Shown: positions 39,926 to 50,501 of the stretch, in pieces | Position numbering within the stretch: position 1 is the first letter of the stretch | Layout: each line of letters opens with the position of its first letter | From: an uncultured virus (IMG/VR IMGVR_UViG_2061766007_000921) | Lineage: Duplodnaviria > Heunggongvirae > Uroviricota > Caudoviricetes | DNA length: 64,000 nt | Strand: one strand, 5' to 3' | IMG/VR virus record: IMGVR_UViG_2061766007_000921 | Made by a program: the position numbers and the translations under genes | The notes under the pieces: model-generated | The model's database searches: none | Told to the model about the DNA's origin: nothing | Seen by the model: the letters and a program-made list of their open reading frames with translations, nothing else

Positions 39926-40612
39926 ATGAAAGAAAATAATATAATGAATTTTGGATATGTTCCTTCAGTATTGGATGGAACTGAAATAATTTTAGGAGAA
40001 GGTTCATTCGTTTCTCTTCCGATGCCAAAAGAATATTCTTATATTGACTATATGAGCCCTGTTATGGATCAAGGTTCATCATCAACTTGCGTTCCTCATG
40101 CAATAAGTGCAGTATATGATTATTACAATGCAATGAACGGCATATATGATCCAGCAACAGGAAAGTTTATAAGTAAACATATTGCAATTCAACAGATTTA
40201 CAATGCAAAAACTACTCCTGGTGATGGAATGTCATATAAAGAAGCACTTGAATTTTGTAAACATAGAGGAGTTTTAACAGATATTGAATATAAGAAAAAA
40301 ATTCCTGGAGCTTGTCCTACCAAAATAATGAATTATGGAAAAATATTAAAACTTGATGTTGTTAAAAAATCATTATTAATAAATGGACCTGTTCTTATAG
40401 CAACCTATGTAAGAAGTATGACAAATGAAAAATTCTGGGAAGGAAGAGATTTCTATGGTGGACACGCAACCTGTTTAATAGGATATTCTGATATGAAGAA
40501 AGCATTTCTTCTTAGAAATTCTTGGGGAAAATCATTTGGAACACACGGATATGTATGGTTTCCTTACAGTGATTTTGACCAAATTCTTGAAGCTTGGGCA
40601 ATAATAGCATAA
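39926..40612 (+). CDS. Papain-like cysteine protease (peptidase C1)
   Basis: DQGSSSTC (oxyanion Gln, catalytic Cys), GGHATCLIGY (His) and LRNSWG (Asn). Confidence 0.9.
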   Translation: MKENNIMNFGYVPSVLDGTEIILGEGSFVSLPMPKEYSYIDYMSPVMDQGSSSTCVPHAISAVYDYYNAMNGIYDPATGKFISKHIAIQQIYNAKTTPGDGMSYKEALEFCKHRGVLTDIEYKKKIPGACPTKIMNYGKILKLDVVKKSLLINGPVLIATYVRSMTNEKFWEGRDFYGGHATCLIGYSDMKKAFLLRNSWGKSFGTHGYVWFPYSDFDQILEAWAIIA

Positions 40613-40633
40613 AACAATAAAACAAACAAATTT

Positions 40634-40665
40634 AAAAGGAGTTAAAGCAATTTAACTCCTTTTTT
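40634..40665 (+). terminator. Rho-independent terminator
   Basis: AAAAGGAGTTAAA-gcaa-TTTAACTCCTTTTTT. Confidence 0.85.
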
Positions 40666-40720
40666 AATTTTTGCATATATGTTGTCTAAACGATAAATAC
40701 ACAAAGATTCATATCATTCT

Positions 40721-40972
40721 ATGATATACAGAAACAAACGAAATGCGAGATATGTAGCAGCACACACCCAAGACGTGTACACAGATTTAGGATTTGATTA
40801 TAGAGGTAAAATATTTTCAAAAACTATATCTAATATGATTTTGAAAAATGCTCGCAATAAAGCAATACTATCTGAAGTAGAAAAAATGATTTCATATTTA
40901 GTTGATACTACTAAACAGATAAGACTTCAATTTATGATTTCTCTAAAGAAAAATGACAGAAATGTTAACTAA
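40721..40972 (+). CDS. Small late protein
   Basis: 83 aa, GATAAATA upstream, stop overlaps the start of the 2315-aa gene. Confidence 0.7.
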   Translation: MIYRNKRNARYVAAHTQDVYTDLGFDYRGKIFSKTISNMILKNARNKAILSEVEKMISYLVDTTKQIRLQFMISLKKNDRNVN

Positions 40973-43900
40973 TGAACGAGTTCAATTACACACATATACA
41001 TTTATTTGATAAATCTGGATCTGAACTTCCTTTGATTTTAGATCCTGCAATGATTATACAAATACCTAATACTTATAATGATGATGCTATATTTTATGCA
41101 ATATCGAATGTAGATAATCAGATATGTGAGTTTTATAAAAAATCTGCTGGAGGTAGATATATAAAATCTGATTTTTTGTCATTTGATGACAGTGACAGCA
41201 ATAATATTGTTGCTACTGCTGGATGCTATATCATCATTGAAGGAAAGAAAAACAAAGGAAAGGTAAAAGTATCATTAACTGAAGTTAAGTCTAATTTATC
41301 AGAAGAGACAGGCATTTCAGAATATATCATATCAGATATAATTGATAAACCTTATAATTTTCTTGATGATTATTTGGATGTAGTAGGTTTTCCGTTTGTT
41401 ACATTTAAGTCATCATTAGCAATTGATTCTGTTTCTGTAGATTTAATTGAAACACAAAGTTTATATGTTCTTATTGAAGAAAATAATGAATTTATAAAAG
41501 TTTGTGAATCTGCAAATCCTGAAATTACTAAACTTGGAGGATGGGCAGATAGATTTAAATTGTTGTTCTTTATTGATAATAGACAACAAAGCAATTTCAG
41601 ATTTTTTAAAGTAGAAAATGATGAAGCAATATGGACAGATAGAGTATTATGTGATTTGTCTGATGCTGAAAGTCAAACAGGATATCGAGTAGATATAGGA
41701 TTTACAGGCTCTGAAGAAGGTGTATATGAACAACCTATGATTGTTTGCTTGCTTGATTCATCTTGTAATGATGATGAAAAACCAGGAATCATTTATCCTA
41801 TTGGTTCTATTACACTTACATGTGAAGCAATAGGTGAAGATGAAAGATATAGAGCTCTTTTTGCAAATTTTGGAATTCCTGATCCTATCAATTATCAAAA
41901 TACATTCCAAGATACTGATTTAAATGAAGCCAAAATGGACTACAAGCTCTTAAATGAGCATTCAAAATACATATTCTTAACTTATAAAGATACATTTCCT
42001 AAAGCTGGTTCTTACGGTGCTCTTGCAAAGGCAGTATCATTACTTGGTTATGAAGATTTAATTTACAAAGAGTGGTATAAAGAAACAGGAAAGGATACAA
42101 ACAATGAATATGTTACAGTTGATGTTGATCCTGAAAATCCTGGAGGAAATCCTGATGATAATACTATAGGAAACAAACCAATTGAATATCGTATAAGTTT
42201 AAAGAAATTAAATTGGATATCAATAATTTATAAGCTTAATGATTTTCTAAATCCTACAGTAGAAGACAAATACGGTTTTTACAAAATAAGAAACATTCAT
42301 AAGAATTATAATACTGATATAATCATCAAATTGATTTATCTTAAGAAGTGGTTAGAAAAACATATAATCGGACTTCATTGTAAGATTGTAGATGTTGGTG
42401 GAGAAGGAATATATCTTGAAAGATATCGCGTTGCTCCTTATGGTTCATATCAGCAAGTTCTTGAATGGAACAATTCTAAAAATTTGGCTCCGTTTGTTGT
42501 TTCAGATATATCTACTGACTCAACTAGACTTTTAGACTCTTCAGCATATATTTACACAAATGTTGGTTCATCTGATTCTTCAACTTCAATTGAAGAAATT
42601 AAAAATTACAGATTTGGAGATTTTGCTAAAGGATATCTTGATGAGAATGATGTTTTTCACAATATGCCTCGTCATGCAATAGATGATGAAAACATAATTT
42701 ACTATGGTTCAACACTTTCATCATTTGATAGTTTTGAAAAATATGAAATAAGAGCAGAATCAAGATGTAAATCATTTATGTTTAATTATGACTTTCTTAC
42801 AGAAGAAAGTGCAAGATTAAGAGTATATGATGATGAATTACAATTTAATCCTATTGATTTGCTGACTAAGAAAAAACAATCTGTATTTAATAGATTGCCA
42901 ATTATACAGTTAGAGAAAGCCAACATTAGAAAAATGAATTCTACTTGGAAATCATCAACACTGTATAAAATATATCCTGATTATGAAGATGATACTTTAA
43001 GTTCATATTTTGTTAAAAATGTAAGAAACGGAAAGAAAGTAAGTACAATAGATTATGTAACTTTAGTTCCTCCTGAATACAGAGAAGATGATGAGTATTC
43101 TTACATTACTCCATTTGGAAAAGAAGAATATAAAATTGCAAAATCATACGTTCCTGAAGTAACTTCTGATAATGAACAAGGAAGTCCATATAAATTGTAT
43201 GTAAGAGAATCAGATACACATGGATTGAGATATACTGCTCTTAATGCATATGAAATTCCTCTTCTTTGCATGATAGGATATGTATGTCCTGAGCTTAACG
43301 GATTTATATACTCAGATGAAGAATATTGTCTTGAAATACTTGACGGAAAACTTATATTTGAAGATCCAGATAATAGTAGAACACTTTATGTAAATTTCCA
43401 CTATGATACAGAATCAAGACATCAATCTATTGAATTAAACATTGTGTATTATTCTGAAGAATTCTCAATAGTAAAATATAGAAAATCTTTTGAATCTTCT
43501 GAAGAAGCTCCAATAACAGATGAAGAATCTGAAGAAATTATTGAAACAGAAAGTACCGATAACAATTTCTTTTATAAATTTTTTGTAGGAAGCAAATACT
43601 CAGAATTTGTAAACATATACAAAAACAATGCTGATGAATCATCATATCATGAATATGTTCATCCATTAAAAGTTTACAATTCTGGAGAATTTACTGTAAG
43701 TGTTTTCGGAAGAGATATTTATAACAATTTGTTTGGATCTGTTTGCAAGAATGTTGCATATATTGGAATGCCAGACGTATTCATTACCGGATACTCTAAT
43801 TATGAAACTGAGCAAGTTAAACAGTGTGAAACAATTGATATGCAAAAGCTTAATGATAGTTATGAAAACTTCTGCATATTTAAGCCAGATTATTTAATTC

Positions 43901-46900
43901 ATGATTTAAAGAAAACTTTAATTCGTAAAGATGACAATTCAGCAATTGTAAAATTCACATATCCATCATATAGTTATAGTTCTCACAATGTTAATGAAGG
44001 AGATTTCTTGCATTTTATGAATTTGTCTGACAGATATTTAATAAATGCAATTGATATAAAAACATATCTTGTTCAGAATGATGAAGACTTTGCTGAATAC
44101 AATATGTTATTACAAAAATATACTCCTGCACCAAAGCAAAGAGTATTAGAAAACAATGACTATCAAGCATTGACATTATTAAATAATAATGCAGTGTTAA
44201 CATATACTGGTGGAATTAAACCTATATCATCAACTGATTTCATTAAAACTATCAAAGATAATGAATACTATAATTTCTCTGATATAAACTTTATATTGTA
44301 TAATGAGTTAGCAAATACTGTCATTATTCAAACTCCTGGAAGTATGATAAATGATAAAGCAATTCCTTATGTTGATGCTTCATTATCAGAATATGCTTCA
44401 TTAAAATATACTAATTTTTATAGAGATCAATATAGATTATTCCTTGGTGATGATTCATATAAATCATATGTATGGGCAATACTTGAAACAACATCAGAGG
44501 AATCAATTCCTAAATATCTTTCAAATTATTCATATGAAGCAATTGATACTAACATAGGACTTCCGTATGAAGACAATATGATTATTGATGGATATCCAAT
44601 AGATTCAAGTGATTTCCATGACACTCATTTTGAACTTGAAGAAACTAACTTATACAATGTATCTTCATTTTTAATTGATTTGTTTAAAACACATAATGAT
44701 TTTGTTATTCCTACATCTGATTCAAGCACAAGTGATTGGGATATGGAAAGTCATTTCAGTTACTTGTTTGATTCATTGCAAACTATAAAAGATATTGATA
44801 TTCCAAAACAAGCTCAAAGCATTGAAGATATCATTGAAAGAAATGAATTATACAGTGAAAAATTCATAAGAGATGGAATTGAGTTATTATTAGATGGTCC
44901 AACAAAAGAAGAGTCTTCATTATGGTTTAATCTTTATTTTGAATTAAAGAGTAATTTAATAAAAACAAATTATGACTTATTTAAAGATATAGCAACAGAT
45001 CAAATCTATAATATATTTGCAAGAAAAACTATTTATAGTGATTTAACAGAAGAAGAGAGATTTGGCAAAAAGCTCATATACAGATTAATGAATGTAGATG
45101 CAGCAATGCAATTTGAAGCTAATGATCTTCTTGAACGTTTCTTAAATTATATAATAAGTTATGATGAAATTGAAGATGACTCAGATCCTGGCACTTATTT
45201 GTATGCAAATATATTCTTACTAACTGATGCAATACGAGCAATGCAAGTATTCTCTACAGATGAATATTTGTTAACTGGAACTATACATGCTGTTATAGAT
45301 GCTTTAAACACACATAAATATGAAAACAAAGAAGATTACTTAAATATTTGTAAATCAATCTATTACAACATATATAAAAACTTTATGAAATCAGAATCTG
45401 ACATATTTGGAGTTGTCAATTCTGTATTAATGGCTAACGATTCATCATACAATGTATACAATGCAGTATTAGATTCTGTAACATATGATTCATCAAATCA
45501 CTTACCTGAATCTTTCAATATTGAAATAGGAAAATTTGGAACTGATTTGTATTATCCTAATATTGAAAATTATGAACGTGTTGATTCAACTGCAGAAGTA
45601 AATGGTCATGAATGGACAGGAGCAATTCCTCCTGCAGCAAAACTGCAAAATATTATACATGAATTTTATAATATATTCTTAAAGGGTCAAGATGAAATAT
45701 TAACAGATCCTGAAAAATATGGAGAATATTATACATGTATTGTTTATGTAATATACTGTTATTTTGGATTAGTTATAGCAGATTATATCTTTAATAATGG
45801 TGTTTATAAAATTGATTTAGAAACAGGTGAATTAGTTGACAATATTCATACTGATGACATAACTTACAAATCAAATGACATTGATAATATATTCATACAA
45901 TATGTAAGTTCAGACATATATGCATCACAAAATGAAGCTTATATATTAACTAAAGCATTTGCAAATGGATTGTTCAATTATATTTTTGGAATATATGAAG
46001 AAACAACAGTTGAACCTGAAATCAATGAAGACACTTCAACTAATGAAGATACTTCAACTAACGAAGAACCAGCAGAAACTATTATAACAATAAAGGATAC
46101 TCTTATTAGCGGATTGTTAAAAGAAAAATCATCATCTGAAACAACTGATGAATTTGAGCCTTTATATAATAAATTACTAAATAATTTAATACAGTATGAT
46201 ATAAATTATTTAAAATCAATAAATTGGGTAACAACTACTACATACGTAGATGATAAAAATGATCGATATTATGGACAAATTATTACATTGTATGCTGTTG
46301 CTGCAGGAGATCCTCTTGAAGAATTGTTATCTAATTTATATTATGTAAAGCTTCCTGGATATGAGCGAGAAGGTTATATCTTTATCAATCGTATGGAATC
46401 TGTTGCAAGTTCAATTGGAAATCTTGAAAGGATTGTTGAAACTCCTTATATTACTCCTTACATACAACCTACTTGGAAAGCTCAAGTAATTATTACAATA
46501 TTATCAAATAGAAATGCAGCAAGCATGGGATTTGATGTAGAAGAAGGAGCAGATCCAGATGGATATTCAAATTATATGGCAATTGAATATTTCAATAAGA
46601 AGTTTACACATGCATTCAACAAAGGAGAAATGATTAAACTTATATTTGAATCTGTTGAAAATAATGAATACATTGGACAATCTTCTTATGAAGTAGTTGG
46701 ATATGATATTTCTAAGAAATTTGTAATTGTAAAGGGCACAATTAATCCTGCATATATCAGAAAAACTGGTTATGAAGTTTGGGCAAAAGTAAAAGATTGT
46801 GAAACTCAAGAATACAGTAATTTAGAAGTCAATTTGACTAATCAGTTTAAAACATATGTTGAAGATATTAATAAACTTGTATATAAACAAATTTTACCAG

Positions 46901-47919
46901 ATTATGATGGTATCAAAACTACATTCTCTGGAATAAATGCAAGAGAAATATTAAAAACATATGTTAATGAAGAAACAGAAACAGAACTTGTTTTTGATGA
47001 AGATACTTCAACTAATAAAGAAGTAGAAAAAATTACTACTACTGCTGTTCCATATTCATTGCCAGTAAAATACTGGTGGGATGATGATGACATTGATTAT
47101 TATAATGCATTTATTAGTCAATCTGCAAAAGAAGGAGATGAAGATTATATTCCTCACAAAGACAAAGATTCTAGTAATATGGCCAATGAAAACCCAGGAA
47201 ACTTTGGTTCATGGTTCTATCAAGTAATGATTTATCAAAATGGAACAATGTATCCTGTAGAATCAAGTTATACAATTGCTGATGAAATGGTAAATGTATA
47301 TGTATCATATGCGCACAATGCATACGCTGACTATGTATTAAAAGCAACAGATTTTGTAGAAAAACCTGATGGATATTCAGAAGTATATGTAAACTATGAA
47401 GGAATTGATATTAGAAAATGTGATTTCATTGATGATACATTTGCTTTGTCTATCAGAGATTATGATACAAATGTTGGAATGGCAGCTTGGATGAATAGAA
47501 CTCCTGTAGGAAATAAAGATTATGTTCCAAACATATTGACCACAGAATTAAGCAATGAAGACAATGACAAAATTATTGCAAATTGGACAGAACTTGGATC
47601 TGAATTTCCATTGTATAAATTAGATATGCACTACGTAAGCAGAGAGCCTAAGCAAATAGTATTAAATAGAAGTAATACAAATGTTGCATTTGATGTAAAC
47701 TTTGAAACTACAGAAATTAATAAAGACACTGCAACAGTATTCTGGAGAATATACAAAGAAAATCTTGACGGAACAAAGAAAAGATTATTTGATTCTTATA
47801 ATACTACATTGTTCTTAGATATTGATGAACCAGGAAATTATGATATAGAAGCATTTGTATGTGATACATATGGAAACGTAGCAAGTACTTATTATAATGC
47901 AGCAATAAAAATCATTTAA
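40972..47919 (+). CDS. Very large acidic virion protein, probably baseplate-associated (2315 aa)
   Basis: FPKAGSYGALAKAVSLLGY...EW segment resembles baseplate wedge gp7-type motifs. PKD/Ig-like ends (GEFTVSV.GRD.YNN; EPGNYDIE..V.D.YGN). Late operon near gp6. Confidence 0.55.
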   Translation: MNEFNYTHIHLFDKSGSELPLILDPAMIIQIPNTYNDDAIFYAISNVDNQICEFYKKSAGGRYIKSDFLSFDDSDSNNIVATAGCYIIIEGKKNKGKVKVSLTEVKSNLSEETGISEYIISDIIDKPYNFLDDYLDVVGFPFVTFKSSLAIDSVSVDLIETQSLYVLIEENNEFIKVCESANPEITKLGGWADRFKLLFFIDNRQQSNFRFFKVENDEAIWTDRVLCDLSDAESQTGYRVDIGFTGSEEGVYEQPMIVCLLDSSCNDDEKPGIIYPIGSITLTCEAIGEDERYRALFANFGIPDPINYQNTFQDTDLNEAKMDYKLLNEHSKYIFLTYKDTFPKAGSYGALAKAVSLLGYEDLIYKEWYKETGKDTNNEYVTVDVDPENPGGNPDDNTIGNKPIEYRISLKKLNWISIIYKLNDFLNPTVEDKYGFYKIRNIHKNYNTDIIIKLIYLKKWLEKHIIGLHCKIVDVGGEGIYLERYRVAPYGSYQQVLEWNNSKNLAPFVVSDISTDSTRLLDSSAYIYTNVGSSDSSTSIEEIKNYRFGDFAKGYLDENDVFHNMPRHAIDDENIIYYGSTLSSFDSFEKYEIRAESRCKSFMFNYDFLTEESARLRVYDDELQFNPIDLLTKKKQSVFNRLPIIQLEKANIRKMNSTWKSSTLYKIYPDYEDDTLSSYFVKNVRNGKKVSTIDYVTLVPPEYREDDEYSYITPFGKEEYKIAKSYVPEVTSDNEQGSPYKLYVRESDTHGLRYTALNAYEIPLLCMIGYVCPELNGFIYSDEEYCLEILDGKLIFEDPDNSRTLYVNFHYDTESRHQSIELNIVYYSEEFSIVKYRKSFESSEEAPITDEESEEIIETESTDNNFFYKFFVGSKYSEFVNIYKNNADESSYHEYVHPLKVYNSGEFTVSVFGRDIYNNLFGSVCKNVAYIGMPDVFITGYSNYETEQVKQCETIDMQKLNDSYENFCIFKPDYLIHDLKKTLIRKDDNSAIVKFTYPSYSYSSHNVNEGDFLHFMNLSDRYLINAIDIKTYLVQNDEDFAEYNMLLQKYTPAPKQRVLENNDYQALTLLNNNAVLTYTGGIKPISSTDFIKTIKDNEYYNFSDINFILYNELANTVIIQTPGSMINDKAIPYVDASLSEYASLKYTNFYRDQYRLFLGDDSYKSYVWAILETTSEESIPKYLSNYSYEAIDTNIGLPYEDNMIIDGYPIDSSDFHDTHFELEETNLYNVSSFLIDLFKTHNDFVIPTSDSSTSDWDMESHFSYLFDSLQTIKDIDIPKQAQSIEDIIERNELYSEKFIRDGIELLLDGPTKEESSLWFNLYFELKSNLIKTNYDLFKDIATDQIYNIFARKTIYSDLTEEERFGKKLIYRLMNVDAAMQFEANDLLERFLNYIISYDEIEDDSDPGTYLYANIFLLTDAIRAMQVFSTDEYLLTGTIHAVIDALNTHKYENKEDYLNICKSIYYNIYKNFMKSESDIFGVVNSVLMANDSSYNVYNAVLDSVTYDSSNHLPESFNIEIGKFGTDLYYPNIENYERVDSTAEVNGHEWTGAIPPAAKLQNIIHEFYNIFLKGQDEILTDPEKYGEYYTCIVYVIYCYFGLVIADYIFNNGVYKIDLETGELVDNIHTDDITYKSNDIDNIFIQYVSSDIYASQNEAYILTKAFANGLFNYIFGIYEETTVEPEINEDTSTNEDTSTNEEPAETIITIKDTLISGLLKEKSSSETTDEFEPLYNKLLNNLIQYDINYLKSINWVTTTTYVDDKNDRYYGQIITLYAVAAGDPLEELLSNLYYVKLPGYEREGYIFINRMESVASSIGNLERIVETPYITPYIQPTWKAQVIITILSNRNAASMGFDVEEGADPDGYSNYMAIEYFNKKFTHAFNKGEMIKLIFESVENNEYIGQSSYEVVGYDISKKFVIVKGTINPAYIRKTGYEVWAKVKDCETQEYSNLEVNLTNQFKTYVEDINKLVYKQILPDYDGIKTTFSGINAREILKTYVNEETETELVFDEDTSTNKEVEKITTTAVPYSLPVKYWWDDDDIDYYNAFISQSAKEGDEDYIPHKDKDSSNMANENPGNFGSWFYQVMIYQNGTMYPVESSYTIADEMVNVYVSYAHNAYADYVLKATDFVEKPDGYSEVYVNYEGIDIRKCDFIDDTFALSIRDYDTNVGMAAWMNRTPVGNKDYVPNILTTELSNEDNDKIIANWTELGSEFPLYKLDMHYVSREPKQIVLNRSNTNVAFDVNFETTEINKDTATVFWRIYKENLDGTKKRLFDSYNTTLFLDIDEPGNYDIEAFVCDTYGNVASTYYNAAIKII

Positions 47920-47957
47920 AAGATAAATAAACTAGTAAAAGGAATTAATTATTAATT

Positions 47958-48344
47958 ATGGCATATCGTTCACCGTTTACAGGTACACAGGTTACAGATG
48001 CAGTTAAATTTATGTCACATCCACAAATAGGTGTAGTATTGACATTTGATAGTTCTGCAAGCTTTCCTGATCTTTCAAATAATCTTGCAAATTTGTCAGG
48101 AAAGGAAAAGGCATACTATAGAGATAAAACAGACGATAAAGGAAATCCTGTAAGTCCTGAATTTTATAAAAGAGTGGTTTATGTAGATAGTTCTGATAAT
48201 ATTATGTACAGATGGAGACATGTTACTCAAGAAGAATGGTTAGAAGATCATGATGATTTATCAAATTATCCTTCTGATGGTTGGACATATATTCCAATAT
48301 CTGGTAATGGTGGAGGAGCTATATACTGGAATGAAATAAAATAA
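47958..48344 (+). CDS. Small late/virion protein
   Basis: GATAAATA upstream. VYVDSSDNIMYRW resembles fibre-associated modules. Confidence 0.6.
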   Translation: MAYRSPFTGTQVTDAVKFMSHPQIGVVLTFDSSASFPDLSNNLANLSGKEKAYYRDKTDDKGNPVSPEFYKRVVYVDSSDNIMYRWRHVTQEEWLEDHDDLSNYPSDGWTYIPISGNGGGAIYWNEIK

Positions 48345-48370
48345 AGAGTATCGAAAAGATACTCTTTTTT
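48343..48370. terminator. Bidirectional terminator between convergent genes
   Basis: AAAGAGTATC-gaaaa-GATACTCTTTTTT. Confidence 0.8.
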
Positions 48371-48378
48371 ATTTACAT

Positions 48379-49038
48379 TTATATGATTACATCTTTATTC
48401 TTGTTGTAAATAATATTCATATATTGCGGAAGTTGTATATCACCTGCTTTGTGAATCATATATGCATATACATCTTCAAATGATATAAGCTTCATATATG
48501 ATAGTTTTGAATCAACACCAACATCCACTCTTAAGTCAGGAGAAGCTTCATTAAACTCATCCATAGAACCATGAACATGACCATGAAGATGAATACTTCC
48601 TCTTCCCTTTCCTGGCCAAGATAATGCAGGATAATGAGAAAGAAATACATTTTGGTCAATTCCCAGCTTTTCAGATTTTACACGAATATAATCTGCTCTT
48701 GCATATGAATGAAACCAATCAAAGTTCGAACCAGTATTTCCGTTTCTAGTTTTTTCTTTGTCGTGATTACCTAAAACTATACATATATTGCCATTTACCT
48801 TTTCTGAAAATCTTTTCAGCTTTTCAGAACTAGATCCCCAAAGCACATCACCAAGTATAAACACATAATCTTCATCTTTGACTTTGCTGTTCCATTCATT
48901 TACAAAATATTCATACATTTCTTGACAATCTTTAAACGGACGATTGTTCATATGTAAAATATTTGTATGAAATAAATGAAGGTCAGCAGTAAACCAAATG
49001 TTGTGTTCATCTAAATTTATTTCAGTATTCCATTTCAT
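48379..49038 (-). CDS. Calcineurin-like metallophosphoesterase
   Basis: ADLHLFH, LGDV, GNHD, LSHYP, LHGHVH and DVGVD. Start moved to ATG 49038 (MKWNTE). Confidence 0.9.
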   Translation of the reverse strand: MKWNTEINLDEHNIWFTADLHLFHTNILHMNNRPFKDCQEMYEYFVNEWNSKVKDEDYVFILGDVLWGSSSEKLKRFSEKVNGNICIVLGNHDKEKTRNGNTGSNFDWFHSYARADYIRVKSEKLGIDQNVFLSHYPALSWPGKGRGSIHLHGHVHGSMDEFNEASPDLRVDVGVDSKLSYMKLISFEDVYAYMIHKAGDIQLPQYMNIIYNKNKDVII

Positions 49039-49042
49039 ATTG

Positions 49043-49073
49043 CAAATATACAAAAAATATTTTATATATCAAA
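49043..49073 (-). promoter_or_regulatory. Bacteroidota housekeeping-sigma promoter
   Basis: TTTG-N19-TATATTTG, only 4 nt before the ATG. Confidence 0.75.
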
Positions 49074-49123
49074 AAATAGCTCCATTTAAGGAGCTAAATT
49101 TTGAAAAGAAATTAAATATTTAA

Positions 49124-49810
49124 TTATTCAGCAGTTTGCTCAGTGTCTGCAGTATTTTCTACCATCTGCTCAACTTTATCTGTATTATCTTCTTCACCAT
49201 ACTTGTGATTATCTTCTTCATCAAGAAGAACAAGATAATATCCTTGCTCGAACATTGCCCAACGTTGCTTCAACTTTTCGCATTGTTTAGCTTCATTTTC
49301 ATAGAATGTAACATGATCTCTAAGAGTGTCATAAATAGGAACGTATTCATCCCACATTTCTGCCATCTTCTTTGCAGATTCAAGTCCAAATCCTGCATAA
49401 TTTTCAAACATTAACATACAGAATTGAAGAGGACCATATTCCATAACCAAATCCCTTGGCTCTTTTTCACAGTCATCAATGAATTTTGTAATAAGTTCTG
49501 TAAAGTTAATTACTCCAACAAAATATCTCTGAGTCCAGAAACCATTTTCAACAAAATTCTTAATAAACTTTGCAACTCTAAGTGCATTTGCAGAATCAGC
49601 AATCAAATAATCATGCTTATTTTTAAGAGCATTTACACGATCTTCAAAATCTTTTTTTGCTTGTGCTTTTTCTTCATCAGTAGGAACTCTTTCAGGATCA
49701 ATCCAAGCTTGTCCCATATTGTTCATATTAAATTCACGAATTGCTGCAAGTCTCTGTTCAAGCTGTTTATTTGCTGCAGTTTCAACTGCTTTATCTTTCT
49801 TCTTTGCCAT
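49124..49810 (-). CDS. Hypothetical helical protein
   Basis: 228-aa ORF in operon, followed by a hairpin. Confidence 0.75.
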   Translation of the reverse strand: MAKKKDKAVETAANKQLEQRLAAIREFNMNNMGQAWIDPERVPTDEEKAQAKKDFEDRVNALKNKHDYLIADSANALRVAKFIKNFVENGFWTQRYFVGVINFTELITKFIDDCEKEPRDLVMEYGPLQFCMLMFENYAGFGLESAKKMAEMWDEYVPIYDTLRDHVTFYENEAKQCEKLKQRWAMFEQGYYLVLLDEEDNHKYGEEDNTDKVEQMVENTADTEQTAE

Positions 49811-49840
49811 ATATTAAAATTATATTTTCAATAAATTTTA

Positions 49841-50068
49841 TCAAACTATTCTTCTTAAGTTTTTATATTTGTCAAAATCACAAGAACATGATATAAATAT
49901 ATCTTTTTTAGGATCAAATTCTTTAGGAGGATTTTCTACACCACAAATAATTCTTCCTCTATACATAAGAGTATTTCTTCCTTTAAGTAATTGATAAGGA
50001 AACTTATTATAATCTTTTACATAAACATTTCTATAAACCTTTAAACCAAATAATGAAGAATTGCCCAT
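49841..50068 (-). CDS. Small hypothetical protein
   Basis: Fills the gap in the operon; start uncertain. Confidence 0.4.
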   Translation of the reverse strand: MGNSSLFGLKVYRNVYVKDYNKFPYQLLKGRNTLMYRGRIICGVENPPKEFDPKKDIFISCSCDFDKYKNLRRIV

Positions 50069-50493
50069 ATTCCTACTCCTAATGCTACAAGTGAAAATAA
50101 TATTCCAAACAATGCCTTTGTCAATGTAAGTCTATATCCTGTAAATACAAACAATACACCATAAGACAGCGAAGGATTATTATCATCATCTACAAAATTT
50201 GAAATTTGAGGAGTAAGATAATCTCCCCAGCCAAGATCTGAACTTAAATATGATACAATTGGTGCAAGTTTCATATCAAGCATTTTTTCTGCATCATAAT
50301 AAGCATTCATAAAATCTTCTTCTGTGCAATTTATTTGCACATATACTATATTACCAAGCCAATTATATTTAAGATTATATTTGTTAAATTTTGAATCTCT
50401 AATCTTAAATTCTTTTCTAATCATTTTTCTGAATTTGAAAAAATTAGAAAAGTCTTTGATTGACTGAACTATTCCTATATCGTAAAACCCCAT
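50041..50493 (-). CDS. Hypothetical protein with C-terminal TM helix
   Basis: ALFGILFSLVALGVGIWAILHYLV. Confidence 0.7.
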   Translation of the reverse strand: MGFYDIGIVQSIKDFSNFFKFRKMIRKEFKIRDSKFNKYNLKYNWLGNIVYVQINCTEEDFMNAYYDAEKMLDMKLAPIVSYLSSDLGWGDYLTPQISNFVDDDNNPSLSYGVLFVFTGYRLTLTKALFGILFSLVALGVGIWAILHYLV

Positions 50494-50501
50494 AATATTA
50501 A

